NCBI GenBank assembly: GCA_976226885.1
Contig: OZ320322.1
Span: forward strand, 43,152,001 to 43,216,000
DNA length: 64,000 nucleotides
Direction of reading: 5' to 3'
Origin: Iphione sp. A-MEVVRFRX5
Taxonomy: Eukaryota
A model generated the notes under the pieces. It was not told the DNA's origin. It was given only the letters and a program-made list of their open reading frames with translations, and did no database searches. A program made the translations under genes and the position numbers. Shown piece after piece: positions 62,085 through 64,000 of the stretch (position 1 is its first letter; the number at the start of each line of letters is the position of its first letter).

Positions 62085-62351
62085 TCACTGTGCATGCACC
62101 AAGCCCAAGTTACTATGGGAACAGACCACGCCTCTTCCGAAAGGGCAAAACATACCTGGTTGTAACTCAAAAATCGACGGGTCCATTGTTTTCAGTTCTT
62201 CTTTATCTGTCACTATGTGTTCTTGGTTCTCAGTTGTTGAAGAAACAGGTTCCTCCACCTTCTCTTCCTCATGTTTCTTCTTTCTGCATTTCTTTTGCTT
62301 CTCCACCTTCTCTTCCTTATTCTTCTTAGTGAAAATTTTTGTCATGCTCAT
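62085..62351 (-). other. K/E-rich open frame with an internal splice donor (possible exon of a neighbouring gene or retroelement ORF1 fragment)
   Basis: MTKIFTKKNKEEKVEKQKKCRKKKHEEEKVEE...ELQPG|gtatgt, donor at 62156/62155. Confidence 0.3.
62109..62122. promoter_or_regulatory. RFX X-box-like motif
   Basis: GTTACTATGGGAAC (reverse complement GTTCCCATAGTAAC) fits the GTTNCYATRGNAAC X-box consensus; a second imperfect site GTCGCCATGGAAAA (-) lies at 61999-62012. Confidence 0.5.
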
Positions 62352-64000
62352 CTTGGCCCATTGTCATTCGGCCTTTCGTAATGGTGGTTCCAGCTTGATG
62401 GTACCTTGTTAGCTGTTTCTCAGTGATTTGTTAGAATTTTCCTGTAATTTTTCCTCTGACAGTCCGTCGTATATAAGAGTTTCTCCTGAGAATTCTCTTG
62501 TTGGCTTGAATTTATTCAGAGCTGTAAACTCGTCACTGCTCACTGCATGACGATGACGTCACAATGAAAGTGACGTCATCGTGCACGATGAATATGGTAC
62601 AAAGTTATGATCACATTTCACTGATTACATTCATGTAATCTACTAATTAAAGGCATAGATTTAATATGACTAGTGAAACTTATCATAATACTATAGTAAT
62701 TTCATAGCTTTATGAATGAGCATCTTTCGGGCAGTTCTTGCAAAGGCCCTCCTAATGGTAACCTCTGACCCTTATCCCTGAAGGTGGATCCATTGCAAAA
62801 GTGGTCTACAGATCAAAAGAAGACTTTGAGCGGGGCCAGCCTAAAGATGCTGAAAAAGTAATGTATATACATTGTTCTCTTGTTCCCAATAAATCTGCTC
62901 TGTTAATAAAGCTTTGATTTACAGGGGGGAACTAGTATAAAATAAATCACGTTTGAAGGCTTTAGTAGGCCTATATCAATTGAGTGCACGTACAGGTACT
63001 CCAGGCACTACACTCTTTTAGACACTTACTTTGTACACTACTTACTTTGTACACTACTAGCAGCATGAATTCTCAGTAAGATACTGCTATTTTCGGGCAT
63101 AATATCGAGGCACATGTATGAGAAATTTCCTAGTATATTGCACATGTGTTCGGTGGAGAGCAAGTCCTCTGTATAATTGATTACTGGAGACGGGAGCCTG
63201 CTTTCCACTCTACACAGTGACAGACAGGAGAATTTTCAGGGGTGTCACCATGTGATCTTTAAGACAGTGAAAATCTAACTAGAAATCCCATCTGATAAGA
63301 CTAGAGTGCTTCATCTGATAAAGCAGGGGATCACTCAGCCAGCACCTCAGCTCACTCGCTACCCCCTCCCCCCAAAGTTTAAACATTTGTAAAGAAAAGC
63401 TGCACATTTGCCACAGGCTCTCCAACCTTGCAGCTTACAGCTGCACCTTCCATTAGTTAATATGATGGGTCTATAGGTCTTTACCTTAGGGGACAGTTAA
63501 TTTACGCATGTTCTGTAAAAACTGTATTCTACTACCGTATGATGGACTGTAACCTATATTTCTGCTATTGTACACAAAATCTACAACAGTATCATAAAGT
63601 CAAGATAGTATTTCAGTGTTAAGTTCATACATTCTGCTTATTTCAGCACAAGTTATGGTATTCGCTCCATGGTTAATGATAATGTAGAGTATTTGGTCCC
63701 CTGTCTATCAAACAGTATTACACTGTTATAACAGCTCTCATAGTAATGTAAAATCATAGCCAGGATATAATATAGTACATTTTTCTATTCGAATAGTTCA
63801 GACTCTGACATTCTTTTACGACTATAGAATAGGCCTACTTCTGCAAAGTAGAGTTCAAGAGTTTAATAAGGAGCATAATTTTTGTTTGGCTTCTTATGAG
63901 TCATTTATTTATTCAAATGTTTACTTGTAGGCAAAATTCAGAAGAGGCCACATCCGGGTATGTTCCTTTCCTCGAAACAACATTGAAGATGTCATAGAGT

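Overview
Eukaryotic (metazoan, most likely marine invertebrate; species not determinable from the sequence alone) genomic window. Positions 398-49453 (+) carry a spliced inner-arm axonemal dynein heavy chain gene, a DNAH7 orthologue. I traced 62 GT-AG coding exons that join in one frame (11,825 nt, about 3,940 codons). The start codon and roughly the first 85+ codons lie upstream of the window. Tail, linker, AAA1-AAA6, stalk/MTBD and C-terminal domain are all present. The most notable unexplained feature is a 366-nt, frame-preserving, exon-like segment inside the AAA1 intron (13547-13912) with a TACTAAC branch point. It would insert 122 non-dynein residues into the main ATPase module. Intron 37 holds a ~3-kb internally deleted DIRS-type retroelement with both inverted terminal repeats and its internal complementary region visible. 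Downstream of the gene are an orphan minus-strand ORF, repeated AT-rich fragments, a nonsense-mutated pogo/Tigger transposase, a ~232-bp satellite array running into a second decayed DIRS-like element, and two RFX X-box-like motifs near minus-strand charged/coiled-coil ORF fragments. There are three assembly gaps, all intronic. No rRNA, tRNA or CRISPR array was found.
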